62,719 bases of DNA from an uncultured Eubacteriales bacterium (GCA_902797145.1 CADBRR010000007.1:1-62719), one strand, 5' to 3'; counted from the stretch's first letter, positions 17,298 through 27,774 are shown. A program made the numbers and translations. The notes: generated by a model not told the origin, from the letters alone.

Positions 17298-18127
17298 AAG
17301 GAATTATAGTTTATGATGCAGCTTCCGCAGAAAAGAACAAGTACTATATAGACCTCTATTATGAGCAAGGCAAACTAAAAAACATAGACTTTGAGCTTCT
17401 GATTATAGAAAATATAGAGTATGGTATTTTTGATTCTAAACCGTCAATTAAATATAACGGAAAGGCATATGAAGATTTTGATTTTGCCATTGTTCGCACA
17501 GATGCGCCGCTTCTATCAAAACATATAGAAAATATGGGAAAAAAGGTTTTCAACAGTTCCTTTATTTCAGAAATTGCAAACGATAAGCGCAGAACATATG
17601 AGCTGCTGTCATCACTTGGAATACCTATGCTTGACACGTGGTTTGATTCGTGTAAAAATCCTGTTTTTCCGCTTATAGTCAAGCCGTCACGAGGACATGG
17701 CGGTCAAGGCGTAACGCTTGTAAAGAACATTGAAGAATATAACTCCGCAATAGAAGCATTAAAGCCTGATAAATGCGTAATTCAGTCGCTTGCGAGCGAA
17801 AGAGGCAAGGATTTGCGTGTTTATGTTGTGGGGAAAGAGATAATAGCAGGAATTTTAAGAACATCAGATACTGATATAAGAAGTAATTATTCGCTTGGCG
17901 GTCATGCGCAGGTTTATAACCTCAACGATGAAGAAAAGGCGCTTGTAAACAAAATAATTTCACACTTTGATTTTTCGATGGTCGGCATTGATTTTCTTTT
18001 CAATAACGGTTCGCTCGTATTCAACGAAATTGAAGATATAGTCGGGGCAAGGATGTTATATGCAACGACGAACATAAATATAGTTGAAAAATATGTAGAA
18101 TTCATAAAAAAGTCGCTCGCAGGTTGA
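17294..18127 (+). CDS. RimK-family ATP-grasp ligase (paralog 2)
   Basis: ATGA start/stop overlap with paralog 1. ANDKRRTY...FPLIVKPSRGHGGQGVTLV...KDLRVYVVG...IRSNYSLGG...MVGIDFLF...NEIED. Confidence 0.8.
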   Translation: MKGIIVYDAASAEKNKYYIDLYYEQGKLKNIDFELLIIENIEYGIFDSKPSIKYNGKAYEDFDFAIVRTDAPLLSKHIENMGKKVFNSSFISEIANDKRRTYELLSSLGIPMLDTWFDSCKNPVFPLIVKPSRGHGGQGVTLVKNIEEYNSAIEALKPDKCVIQSLASERGKDLRVYVVGKEIIAGILRTSDTDIRSNYSLGGHAQVYNLNDEEKALVNKIISHFDFSMVGIDFLFNNGSLVFNEIEDIVGARMLYATTNINIVEKYVEFIKKSLAG

Positions 18128-18152
18128 TCCTGCGGGCGATATTGTTATAAAA

Positions 18153-18938
18153 TTATTTTGCATTACCAAGTGATGATGTATCACAGTTTTCCTTTTCGAT
18201 AAGAACTGCATGGACTGCAAGTCTGCCATTCTGATAATTAGCACGGTTGCAAGTAACAAGCGTTACCATTTTATCGGTAGGCTTGATTTCCGTATCAACC
18301 GGATACATTGAAAGGCTCATCATATCGTTCTGATAAGCTGCAAACTCGTCATCATTTGCGAAATCAACCCTCATAAATTTAGGATTTCCGCCATCAACTG
18401 TATATACCGAAACTACTTTATAAGTATATCTTGTATCTCCAAAGTAAATATAGAAAACCCTGTGCGCATTGTAAAATTCCTTATCGGTATAATTGATGAG
18501 GTTTGCAAACATTGTGCCATTTTTCATATTATGACCGAACATAACTATTGACCTACCATCAGGAACTTTACATTCATAATCAACAAATATACATCCCTGC
18601 TTTGAAGTATCCTTTGCGGCATCATGCTTGAGATAATAATCATTATCTTTTCCTTGTGCTATCGGATAATTTATAATAGTATCATCAATCGTTATCCAAC
18701 CGCAAACATCGCTGTTCATCGAACGATACCTGCTATAAGGTAATGGCGTTGCAATAGGATCTTTTTCGTCACCACCATCAAAGTTATCAATAGGAACTAT
18801 CGGAAATGGCGAACCGCTATTATTAGCTGAAGGATCTGCGCTCATATTGGGATTTATATCATTTCCTCTGCACGCAGCAAATGTAACAAGCATTATTGCG
18901 CATATAAATACTGCTATTATTTTATTTGTTTTTGTCAT
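18153..18938 (-). CDS. srtB: class B sortase
   Basis: N-terminal membrane anchor. GWITIDDTIINYPIAQGKDNDYYLKHD, FGHNMKNGTMFANL and the active-site motif VTLVTCN. Confidence 0.85.
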   Translation of the reverse strand: MTKTNKIIAVFICAIMLVTFAACRGNDINPNMSADPSANNSGSPFPIVPIDNFDGGDEKDPIATPLPYSRYRSMNSDVCGWITIDDTIINYPIAQGKDNDYYLKHDAAKDTSKQGCIFVDYECKVPDGRSIVMFGHNMKNGTMFANLINYTDKEFYNAHRVFYIYFGDTRYTYKVVSVYTVDGGNPKFMRVDFANDDEFAAYQNDMMSLSMYPVDTEIKPTDKMVTLVTCNRANYQNGRLAVHAVLIEKENCDTSSLGNAK

Positions 18939-19151
18939 TGTGTTCTCCTTTACAAAATATAACTAATTTTTAAATATTATAACCCATTGGCAATAAAATA
19001 TCAAGTAAATAAAGTATGAACAAAATTTTTCATATTTGTTAATATATTATTTAAATATTTATCTTGAACAGAGCAAATAAAAATGGTAAAATATAAAGGT
19101 ATACTATGCTTAATAATATTTGTTTATAATTCGGAAGGGGAATTTAATAAT

Positions 19152-20189
19152 ATGGCATTGTTTGAATTTAACGATGTTGGTATCGATCTTGGTACTTCAA
19201 GCGTTTTGGTTTATGTTCGTGGCAAGGGTATTGTTCTTCGTGAACCCTCTGTCGTTGCAATAGAAAAAGTTTCAGGCAGGATTGTTGCTATTGGTGAAGA
19301 TGCAAGGAAAATGCTTGGCAGAACTCCAGGCAGGATCGTTGCTGTTCGTCCGCTTCGTGACGGTGTTATTTCAAATTATGATGTAACGGAAAGGTTGCTT
19401 CATCATTTTTTGAAAAAGGTTGTAGGTAATAGAATTTTCTTCAAGCCTCGTGTTATCGTATGCGTTCCGTCAGGCGTTACTGAGGTTGAAAAGCGTTCTG
19501 TAATCGGCGCAACGGAAGAAGCAGGAGCAAGGCATACATGGCTTATTGAAGAACCTATTGCAGCGGCTATAGGCGCAGGTATTGACATTTCTCAGCCACG
19601 AGGCAATATGATAGTCGATATTGGTGGCGGAACAACAGATGTTGCTGTTATTTCACTCAACGATTCCGTACTTTCAGAATCAATTAAGGTTGCTGGCGAC
19701 AAGTTCGATGATGCTATCGTTCGTTATATGCGCAAAAAGCATAATTTGCTCATTGGTGAAAGAACTGCTGAACAGATGAAAATTCAGATAGGTTCTGCAT
19801 ATCCGAGAAAAGAACAGCAATCCATCGAAGTTAAAGGCAGAAACCTCATTTCGGGTCTTCCCCAATCAATAACTGTTGGTTCAAACGAGATGATAGATGC
19901 GCTTGAAGAGCCGCTCCAGACTATTCTTGAAAGCGTTCGTACATTGTTTGAGAAAACTCCGCCTGAACTCGCAAGCGATATCGCCGAGAACGGTATTTGC
20001 CTTACAGGAGGCGGCGCACTTCTCTATGGTATGGACAAGTTCATTCAGGAACATACAAAAGTTCCCTGCTATGTTGCAGAAGATCCTATTTCATGTGTTG
20101 CTATTGGAACTGGTAAGTCACTTGAACATCTTGAAATGCTCGACAGCGCAGTATCCGATTATAGGCGTGGCGATTATTTTGATGCTTAA
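19152..20189 (+). CDS. mreB: rod shape-determining protein MreB/Mbl
   Basis: GIDLGTSSVLVYVRGKGIVLREPSVVA...DIGGGTTDVAVISL...CLTGGGALL. The ATG at 19152 follows GGAAGGGGA. Confidence 0.93.
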   Translation: MALFEFNDVGIDLGTSSVLVYVRGKGIVLREPSVVAIEKVSGRIVAIGEDARKMLGRTPGRIVAVRPLRDGVISNYDVTERLLHHFLKKVVGNRIFFKPRVIVCVPSGVTEVEKRSVIGATEEAGARHTWLIEEPIAAAIGAGIDISQPRGNMIVDIGGGTTDVAVISLNDSVLSESIKVAGDKFDDAIVRYMRKKHNLLIGERTAEQMKIQIGSAYPRKEQQSIEVKGRNLISGLPQSITVGSNEMIDALEEPLQTILESVRTLFEKTPPELASDIAENGICLTGGGALLYGMDKFIQEHTKVPCYVAEDPISCVAIGTGKSLEHLEMLDSAVSDYRRGDYFDA

Positions 20190-20222
20190 AATTTGAAATT
20201 ATAACTGCATAAAACATAAAAA

Positions 20223-20250
20223 ATAAGGGCGCTAATTGCACCCTTATTTT
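20223..20250. terminator. bidirectional terminator between mreB and the exonuclease gene
   Basis: ATAAGGGCGC-TAATT-GCACCCTTAT (one mismatch), flanked by an A-run upstream and a T-run downstream. Confidence 0.55.
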
Positions 20251-21014
20251 TAAGTGAAATCTTCGATTTTTAACAGTTCCCACAGTCCTGTAACGCTATG
20301 GTTTACTTCCTGCTCTCCCTCCTTATAAAAACTAATATTTTTCTTTATGTTCACGACAAATTTCTTGTCTTGTTTAATTAAGCGCAATAGCTCTGCGCAG
20401 TTTTTCGCATCATCAAGCGCATTGTGTTGCACACCGTCAAACGGTATTCCTGCCATATCAAGCGCATTCATAAGCGATAACTGATACTGTGTCTTTTCAC
20501 CAACACCCAGAATCCTCGCATACACACGCTGAAAATTCATCCACTTTCTTTGAAACGGTAACGGAGCTTCTTTAAAAATTCCTTTCATAAGGCATTCGTT
20601 TTTAAATTGAAGCTCGTCTGCATCGCTCCATGCGTAAATCCTCGTTTCATCATCGCCTATCCATCTTTGAAAATTTCCAAATGCAACATTGAGCATATCC
20701 GCACCCTTTACCATAGAATCGCTTATTCCTGTAAGGTTTTTTATATGCGACTCAATCGTATTATATTCAGGCTTTACCAAACAACAAAAAGAATCCCTGA
20801 CATTATAATCCGAATCAAGCCGCACCGCACCTATCTGAATAATTTCATTGCTCGTCGCAGGCTTTGCGCTTTTTTTGAATTTCTTTATACGTGTTCGTAT
20901 TTGAGCATTGAGTATCGGATTCATTTCAAAATCAACAAATATGTGCTGCAATCCGATCACCTCTCTTAAATTAACTCCAAATAATATACTATCACATAAA
21001 ATCATTCGTTTCAA
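20250..21014 (-). CDS. DEDDh 3'-5' exonuclease (KapD/ERI-1-like)
   Basis: FVDFEMN (Exo I), IYAWSDADE (Exo II region), HNALDDAKN (Exo III H-x4-D). Confidence 0.7.
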   Translation of the reverse strand: MKRMILCDSILFGVNLREVIGLQHIFVDFEMNPILNAQIRTRIKKFKKSAKPATSNEIIQIGAVRLDSDYNVRDSFCCLVKPEYNTIESHIKNLTGISDSMVKGADMLNVAFGNFQRWIGDDETRIYAWSDADELQFKNECLMKGIFKEAPLPFQRKWMNFQRVYARILGVGEKTQYQLSLMNALDMAGIPFDGVQHNALDDAKNCAELLRLIKQDKKFVVNIKKNISFYKEGEQEVNHSVTGLWELLKIEDFT

Positions 21015-21035
21015 TGTTTAATTTTATCTAAATAT

Positions 21036-22862
21036 TTAAACATTGCAAGCGCTTATAATCCTTGACCAACCATATCTTCCTAAAAATGAACCATCTTTTT
21101 CCTTATTTGCATATAGCTTTTCGCTTGTGAGTTCTACAATATCATCAATTTTTCCATCAGCAAACGCTTTCATCTTATCCGATGCAGTCATAAACCTTGA
21201 TGCAATTCCGCCAAGCCTTACATCTATAACCTCAAAGCCATACGGTTTATTTGTCATATTCCACAGAACTTCCCACTTCTTTTTAAGAACAAACGTCTGC
21301 ATAACTATCTCGTTTGCAAGAACGCACATTTTTTGAGCTTCAATTCTATCCTTTCTTCTTACAATATCAGCTGCGTTTTCATGCCATAAACATTTGAGGC
21401 TGAGTTCAAGGGCAAGCTCTCGATAAAATCCATATAAGTTTTTAAACTGTCCACATTCGAACTTGTATTTTTCAAAAAGTCCGGCAAGCTTTTTGTAATG
21501 CTCTGATGCCTTAATTCCATCCATATCCTTTTCAAACATCTGAACAAGTGCATCCTGATATAACATCGTTTTAGAAAGATTTATTGGCGATAAACGCTTT
21601 GTTTCCATTCCATTAAGCTCGTTGAACATACTCATATCATAAAATGGCTGTGCTTTTTCTCCTACACATTCTTCAAATCGTTTGTCGACATATAATTTAT
21701 CAAATGCGTGAGTATAATCAAATTCTGCAAATATCTGCAAACCATAGAGTGTTGAAAGAAGGTTGCATTCTGCCCCATCATCACCCCACGCTGTCGCAAA
21801 TACCTGCTTAACATTAGCTTTTATACATTCTTCGAGCGCTGGGATTGTTACTTTTAGCATTTTATTATAGTTTATTGCAGGACCCGACCATGTCCACAAA
21901 CCACCAGCAAATATCGTATTTGTATTGAATAGCTTATGTTTTCTTATCATATCCGCATAGTCTTCGTTGTTTTCATGATAATAATCCCAATAAACGAGGT
22001 CTATGTTCTCAGGTGCAGATTGAATTACGCTTACAGGGATTACGCTTTCTTTATCATAATATGCGTTATGCTTTGAAGCGATTCTAAAATACATATCGCT
22101 CCACATCATAGGTTCAAGTCCGTATTTAAGCAATATTTCATTAACACGCTTCAAGTGTTCTGTAATTATATCATATTTATTTTTATAACCATTTATGAAA
22201 AGGTAATTTCCAAGCCCTAAATCCATCGCCTCGTCCATACCGATATGTATGCGCTTTGTATGATACATTTGAGATGTAGTTTTTATCATATCTTCAATAA
22301 ACTCATACGTGCTTTCATCACCAACGAGCAGAATATCTTCTGTATCGTTCTTAATTTCTGCCTGCCGCCATGCAATAGCCCTTTCAAGATGCGCAAGCGT
22401 CTGTATACACGGAATAAGCTCAATGCCAAGTGAATATGCATAGTCATCAAGCTTGCGAATTTCCTCCTCAGTATATCTTCCTCGAAGGTATCCAAAGTAC
22501 GGTCTTGACTCAATTTCATATGTGTCCTCTGTGTAAAGCATAGCCATATCAAGCCCCATAAGCGCCATCTTTTCAAGAATATACGTTACTGTTTCAACTT
22601 TTAAAACTGCATTCCTTGAACAATCGAGCATAATACCGTTATTTGTAAACGCTGCCTTTTGGTGAATTTCAAAATTTTCTTTATTCTCATTTGCACCTAT
22701 TATCGAAAGCGCACGGAATGCCTCAACGGGTTTACTATAAACAATATATGCCTTATCCGAATCTATTTTTACCGATAGCTCATCGCCTTTTGCCAATTCT
22801 GTATCGAGCGTTATGTTGAGTTTTTTCTTTATCTCTTCAAATCTTTTAATATCGAGTTCCAT
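21036..22862 (-). CDS. GH20-like beta-N-acetylhexosaminidase
   Basis: GIMLDCSRNAV, IELIPCIQTLAHL and HIGMDEA resemble the GH20 catalytic (beta/alpha)8 core. Confidence 0.6.
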   Translation of the reverse strand: MELDIKRFEEIKKKLNITLDTELAKGDELSVKIDSDKAYIVYSKPVEAFRALSIIGANENKENFEIHQKAAFTNNGIMLDCSRNAVLKVETVTYILEKMALMGLDMAMLYTEDTYEIESRPYFGYLRGRYTEEEIRKLDDYAYSLGIELIPCIQTLAHLERAIAWRQAEIKNDTEDILLVGDESTYEFIEDMIKTTSQMYHTKRIHIGMDEAMDLGLGNYLFINGYKNKYDIITEHLKRVNEILLKYGLEPMMWSDMYFRIASKHNAYYDKESVIPVSVIQSAPENIDLVYWDYYHENNEDYADMIRKHKLFNTNTIFAGGLWTWSGPAINYNKMLKVTIPALEECIKANVKQVFATAWGDDGAECNLLSTLYGLQIFAEFDYTHAFDKLYVDKRFEECVGEKAQPFYDMSMFNELNGMETKRLSPINLSKTMLYQDALVQMFEKDMDGIKASEHYKKLAGLFEKYKFECGQFKNLYGFYRELALELSLKCLWHENAADIVRRKDRIEAQKMCVLANEIVMQTFVLKKKWEVLWNMTNKPYGFEVIDVRLGGIASRFMTASDKMKAFADGKIDDIVELTSEKLYANKEKDGSFLGRYGWSRIISACNV

Positions 22863-22863
22863 A

Positions 22864-23676
22864 TCACATAAACCTTTCTATATTGTTTAAAATACTGTTT
22901 TTGAAATTTTCTATTTTAATATCAATAAATGCTTTTATATCGCAATCATTTTCAACAAGTTCAGTCATATCCATAGCATATGACAAAGCGCTTACAGTAT
23001 CAGTTGAGTGCGAACGAGAAAACGTTGCATTTGCTCGTCTTCTTCCAATCGCTGCAACATCATATCGCTTTCCGCCCTGTATCTGTGAGCGGTAAACGGA
23101 TAAAAGCTCCCTCTCAAGGCGTTCATCGCCGCCGCAGTCAAATTCTTCCCTGTCGTCAAGCCAATCAAGGCTTCGCCACACCTCACAGCCGTAAAGCTTT
23201 TTTACGCTAAAACAAGCTTCTTTTTTAATTTCACGAAGCGCCTCAATAACTCTAAGCGCACAAGCTACATGGGTTTCATGCTTATCCGCAATATTATGAG
23301 TCAGAATATAATCGGGTTTCGTCATAAGAATTATTTGTTTCAATTCAGAAATTACTTCTTTATTGTTTTTATCTTTAATTTCGCTGCTCGTATGATCAAG
23401 GAATATCTGTGCGCCATATTTTCCCGTATCGGCAGCATTCTTCTGCTCCTGTTTTCTTACACGCTTCATATCTTCATATGAATAGTCCTTAAATTCGCCT
23501 GTTCGAGGACTTCCGCCGCCGTCAGTTAAACAGACCGAGGCGAAAGTATTTTTACCGAAGCATTCATAAATCTGTGCATATGCCATTATCTCAACATCAT
23601 CTTGATGCGCAGAAATTGCAAGATGCGTTATTTTTATATCCTGTATCTGTTTACAAGATGGTATATAAATCTCCAT
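22864..23676 (-). CDS. PIG-L/LmbE family N-acetylglucosaminyl deacetylase
   Basis: AISAHQDDVEIM (AHxDD motif) and HETHVA. 1-nt gap to the GH20 gene. The ATG at 23676 follows GGAG. The ORF track extends to 23724. Confidence 0.7.
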   Translation of the reverse strand: MEIYIPSCKQIQDIKITHLAISAHQDDVEIMAYAQIYECFGKNTFASVCLTDGGGSPRTGEFKDYSYEDMKRVRKQEQKNAADTGKYGAQIFLDHTSSEIKDKNNKEVISELKQIILMTKPDYILTHNIADKHETHVACALRVIEALREIKKEACFSVKKLYGCEVWRSLDWLDDREEFDCGGDERLERELLSVYRSQIQGGKRYDVAAIGRRRANATFSRSHSTDTVSALSYAMDMTELVENDCDIKAFIDIKIENFKNSILNNIERFM

Positions 23677-23779
23677 ATAAAATTCTCCACATATCATTTT
23701 TATATATTTTATCATATAAACCACTTGATTTACAGTAAATTTTATATTAACATAATAAAAAATGAAAGGAAATAAAATT

Positions 23780-24169
23780 ATGGATATAAATGAACTTATA
23801 AAAATATCGGAATCAGCACAGAAATTCTCATATTCACCATATTCTCATATAACTGTTGGCGCAGCGCTTCTCACAAAAAGCGGTAAAGTCTATACAGGCG
23901 CAAACATAGAAAACGCTTCATACGGCGCTACAATTTGCGCAGAACGCACAGCGTTTGTAAAAGCATTATCGGAGGGCGAGCATGATTTTGAAGCAATAGC
24001 AATAACGAGCAATTTAGGTCACGAAACAGCGCCCTGCGGAATATGCAGGCAGTTTATGGACGAGTTTGTAAAAGATGATTTTAAAATAATTCTTGTAAAT
24101 AAAGAAGGCGAACCATCAGTCCGCCCATTTTCGTATTTTATGCCTGATTCATTCAGGATAGAAAATTAA
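23780..24169 (+). CDS. cdd: cytidine deaminase
   Basis: CAERTA and PCGICRQ zinc motifs. The ATG at 23780 follows AAAGGAA. Confidence 0.9.
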   Translation: MDINELIKISESAQKFSYSPYSHITVGAALLTKSGKVYTGANIENASYGATICAERTAFVKALSEGEHDFEAIAITSNLGHETAPCGICRQFMDEFVKDDFKIILVNKEGEPSVRPFSYFMPDSFRIEN

Positions 24170-24834
24170 ATGTCTATATTTTCTTTAATAAGTATAGAGT
24201 TTATCATCATTTCTATATCCAACATAACCGTATTGTTATTTTTGAATAAGTGAATATATTTTTTCTTGTAATGTTCATAAGCTTCCTGAGGAAAATCTAT
24301 AAATGAAGTTGTGTTATCTTCATAACGTGTAGCAAATACAGGTTTACCATCATCTTCTCTGAAGAAACTAATATATACAATTTTGGAGTCTTCATGCTTA
24401 TGTTTGCGCATTATTATATTTTTTAAAAGCATAACTATTCTGTCATCCAATCCGCAATCCACGATATCAATAATTTCTCTTAATTCGTACAGAGAGTTTG
24501 TTTCTCTTCTCAAAAATCCTTTTGTATCATTATCTTTTGGACACATAGATTCAGTTATTTCCGTAAATTCACGAGAACCAACATCTCTATATGATACATA
24601 TGGCATAACTATAACAAGCTTTTTTGCTTCATCAATATATGTTGTTGAATACCCCAAGTCAAATTCCGCCTTGCACTTATCGCATACTGCATCGAACAGT
24701 TTAAATTGGCGAACTTGTTCTTTAAGCTCCGGATTTTCAGTTACATTAATAACCGGGTAGACTTCTGCATCAAATTCATGTCCACATTTAGGACAAATGC
24801 ATTTAGTATTTGTTTTCTTTGTGTGTAGATTCAT
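24166..24834 (-). CDS. CpXC-domain zinc-ribbon protein (paralog A)
   Basis: CPKCGHEF...VINVTENPELKEQV...CDKCKAEF. Its stop codon overlaps the cdd stop (convergent, 4 nt). Confidence 0.65.
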   Translation of the reverse strand: MNLHTKKTNTKCICPKCGHEFDAEVYPVINVTENPELKEQVRQFKLFDAVCDKCKAEFDLGYSTTYIDEAKKLVIVMPYVSYRDVGSREFTEITESMCPKDNDTKGFLRRETNSLYELREIIDIVDCGLDDRIVMLLKNIIMRKHKHEDSKIVYISFFREDDGKPVFATRYEDNTTSFIDFPQEAYEHYKKKYIHLFKNNNTVMLDIEMMINSILIKENIDI

Positions 24835-24950
24835 AATAGTTTTCCTCCATTATTAATTTATTTTCTAAAAGTCGTTCACAAAAATGTGCCTCACTTTTAT
24901 CTCGCAAGGCACCGCCAACGACTTATTATGTAAATTTAATTTCCGAATAA

Positions 24951-24983
24951 TTTATGCCTGATTCATTCAGGATTGAGAATTAA
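24951..24983 (+). repeat. 33-nt relic copy of the cdd 3' end
   Basis: TTTATGCCTGATTCATTCAGGATTGAGAATTAA versus 24137-24169 TTTATGCCTGATTCATTCAGGATAGAAAATTAA (31/33). Contains a CCTGA/TCAGG mini-hairpin. Confidence 0.85.
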
Positions 24984-25655
24984 TTATTCGTCTTCTTTTC
25001 CTGCGCTTAAAAGCGCCATTGCCCATATAGGGTCAATCTCGATATTCCCTGAAATATCGGTATCAATCTTATCCTTGAACTCCTGCTTGAAATCCTCATA
25101 CATTTCTTCTATGAAATCCGTTGCAAGAACTTTGCCGTTATCAAGCACCATAACAAACATTTTCTTGCCATCCTTATCAACATCAAAGAAAATCATATCG
25201 GGTGATGCTTTTTCTTCACCGGCATTAAGCGCAAGGAATATTTTCATAATCTCGATTACTCTATCGTCAAGCCCGCAATCAAAAACCTTGATTTTATCCG
25301 TCAATGCCCTTACATCACGAACAATTCGCTTCACATAATCCATACCGAGCTCGTCAGCAGGATACATACTTTCAAATATTTTCCTTGCCTCGCCTCTATC
25401 CTTGATTTTTTCTGACTGCGGTGCAACAAATATTATAATCTTATTCTGTTCATCAATATATGTATTCATATAGCTCAAAGCTACGTTCCTTCCGCAATCT
25501 GAGCATTTATAGCCATAAAGCTTATGTTCAAGAATCTGATTTTTGAGTTCGGGATTCTCGCTAACATTTATTACGCTATATAAATCAAGCTCGTTTTCAT
25601 GGCCGCATTTTGAGCATTTTACCTTTTCTTTTTCCGAATGTGTACTTATCTTCAT
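24984..25655 (-). CDS. CpXC-domain zinc-ribbon protein (paralog B)
   Basis: CSKCGHEN...VINVSENPELKNQI...CSDCGRNV. The conserved CGLDDR block is shared with paralog A. TAATG overlap with the deoC stop. Confidence 0.65.
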   Translation of the reverse strand: MKISTHSEKEKVKCSKCGHENELDLYSVINVSENPELKNQILEHKLYGYKCSDCGRNVALSYMNTYIDEQNKIIIFVAPQSEKIKDRGEARKIFESMYPADELGMDYVKRIVRDVRALTDKIKVFDCGLDDRVIEIMKIFLALNAGEEKASPDMIFFDVDKDGKKMFVMVLDNGKVLATDFIEEMYEDFKQEFKDKIDTDISGNIEIDPIWAMALLSAGKEDE

Positions 25656-26311
25656 TATATATTCATCTCCTTGATTATTTTAATTATTCTGCTCGTTCCG
25701 AGTCTTGATGCTCCAAGATTTAAAAATTCTTCCGCATCCTCAAGCGTTGAAATTCCGCCTGCCGCTTTGATTTTAACGCCGTTTGAAATATTCTTGCTAA
25801 AAAGAATTATATCCTCTTTTGTTGCGCCACCGCTTGAAAATCCTGTCGAAGTCTTTATATAATCTGCGCCCGATTCAGAAACTACCTTGCACATATTTAT
25901 TTTTTCTTCTTCACTAAGCAGACAAGCTTCAACAATAACTTTGAGCAAGGAATCGTGACACGACTCCCTTACCTTTTTAATTTCATCAAGCACCCAATCG
26001 TATTTTCCGTCCTTGACCCAGCCGATATTTATAACCATATCTATTTCGCTTGCGCCATTTCTTACTGCATCGACAGTTTCTGCGCACTTAATTTTAGTAG
26101 TGCTATAACCGTTAGGAAAACCTATAACAGTACAAATAGGTATTTCGCCCATAATGTACTTATAAGCCCTTTCAACATATGATGCAGGAATGCAAACGGA
26201 TGCCGTACCATATTTTATTGCGTCATCGCATATTACTTTTATCTGTGACCATGTCGCTTCGGGTTTCAAAAGCGTGTGGTCAACAGCACTTAATATTCGT
26301 TTTATATCCAT
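25655..26311 (-). CDS. deoC: deoxyribose-phosphate aldolase
   Basis: [15 protein letters not shown]...ASVCI...LKVIVE...DYIKTSTGF...VKIKAAGGI. The ATG at 26311 follows GAGG. Confidence 0.9.
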   Translation of the reverse strand: MDIKRILSAVDHTLLKPEATWSQIKVICDDAIKYGTASVCIPASYVERAYKYIMGEIPICTVIGFPNGYSTTKIKCAETVDAVRNGASEIDMVINIGWVKDGKYDWVLDEIKKVRESCHDSLLKVIVEACLLSEEEKINMCKVVSESGADYIKTSTGFSSGGATKEDIILFSKNISNGVKIKAAGGISTLEDAEEFLNLGASRLGTSRIIKIIKEMNI

Positions 26312-26460
26312 AATATACCTCAATATCATCTTTAAATTATAATAACACAATATTAACATTATCGCAATATCAAAATCATTATAATATATTTTAACTTATT
26401 CTTTACATTTTGGGAATAATGTTCTATTATAAATTTAACAGTTTTTTACGGAGGCAAAAT

Positions 26461-27774
26461 ATGTATAAGACTTTATCAAAAGAATTGCTCGACTTCATCA
26501 GCGCAAGTCCGAGCTGTTATCACGCTATTGCAAATATAAGGAATGAGCTTATCCAAAACGGATTTGAAGAGCTTTACGAAGGTTCAAGGTGGAATTTGGA
26601 CGAAAACAAAAATTATTTTGTAATCAGAAATAATTCATCAATTATCGCATTCAAGGTTCCGACAAAGGATTTCAAGGGATTTGAAATCTGCGCAAGCCAC
26701 AGCGATTCACCATCATTCAAAATCAAAGAAAATGCAGAAATTTCCGTATCTGACAAGTATGTTAAGCTCAATACGGAAAAATATGGCGGAATGCTTATGG
26801 CGACATGGCTTGACCGTCCGCTTTCAGTTGCAGGCAGGGTTATAGTAAAGACAGACTCTGGCCTTGAAACAAAGCTTGTAAATGTTGATAAGGACTTGCT
26901 CGTAATTCCGAATCTTGCAATACATATGAATAGGGAAGCAAACGATGGCTTCAAGTTCAACGCACAGGTTGATATGCTTCCTCTCGTTGGAAGCGGTGAA
27001 GCAAAGAACTGCTTTATGGATATAATTGCAGAATCAGCAGGCACGAAAAAAGACGATATAGTCGGCAGCGATTTGTTCCTTTACAGCAGAGTTGAGGGCA
27101 GAATATGGGGCGCTTGTGATGAATATGTTTCAAGCTCACAGCTTGATGATTTGCAATGCGCATTTGCATCGCTCAAAGGCTTTATTGCAAGCAAGAACGA
27201 GCAGAGTATACCTGTTCTTGCAGTATTTGATAACGAAGAAGTTGGCAGCGGCACAAAACAGGGCGCAGATTCAACATTCCTTTATGATACGCTTACAAGA
27301 ATAAATTCAGCACTTTCAAGAACTGATGAAGATTATCTCAGGGCGCTTGCATCAAGCTTTATGGTATCGGCAGATAATGCCCATGCAGCACACCCCAATC
27401 ACGGTGAAAAGGCTGACCCTGTAAATAAGCCTTACATGAATAATGGTATCGTTATAAAATTCAATGCTAATCAGAAATATACTACCGATTCTGTATCGGA
27501 AGCAATGTTCAAGATGATTCTTGAAAAGGCTGGCGTTCCGTATCAGGTATTTACGAATCGTTCGGATATGGCTGGCGGTTCGACGCTCGGCAATATTTCA
27601 AATGCCCACGTATCGCTAAATACTGTTGATATAGGTCTTGCACAGCTCGCTATGCATTCAACATACGAAACAGCAGGCGTTAAGGACACATACTATCTCG
27701 TAAAGGGACTTGAAACTTTCTTCTCGACAGTTATCGAAGAAAAAGGCAACGGAAAATACGATATGAAATTCTAA
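26461..27774 (+). CDS. M18 family aminopeptidase
   Basis: SPSCYHA..., CASHSDSPSFKIK, FDNEEVGS and the GGSTLG motifs of aspartyl/M18 aminopeptidases. The ATG at 26461 follows GGAGG. Confidence 0.85.
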   Translation: MYKTLSKELLDFISASPSCYHAIANIRNELIQNGFEELYEGSRWNLDENKNYFVIRNNSSIIAFKVPTKDFKGFEICASHSDSPSFKIKENAEISVSDKYVKLNTEKYGGMLMATWLDRPLSVAGRVIVKTDSGLETKLVNVDKDLLVIPNLAIHMNREANDGFKFNAQVDMLPLVGSGEAKNCFMDIIAESAGTKKDDIVGSDLFLYSRVEGRIWGACDEYVSSSQLDDLQCAFASLKGFIASKNEQSIPVLAVFDNEEVGSGTKQGADSTFLYDTLTRINSALSRTDEDYLRALASSFMVSADNAHAAHPNHGEKADPVNKPYMNNGIVIKFNANQKYTTDSVSEAMFKMILEKAGVPYQVFTNRSDMAGGSTLGNISNAHVSLNTVDIGLAQLAMHSTYETAGVKDTYYLVKGLETFFSTVIEEKGNGKYDMKF

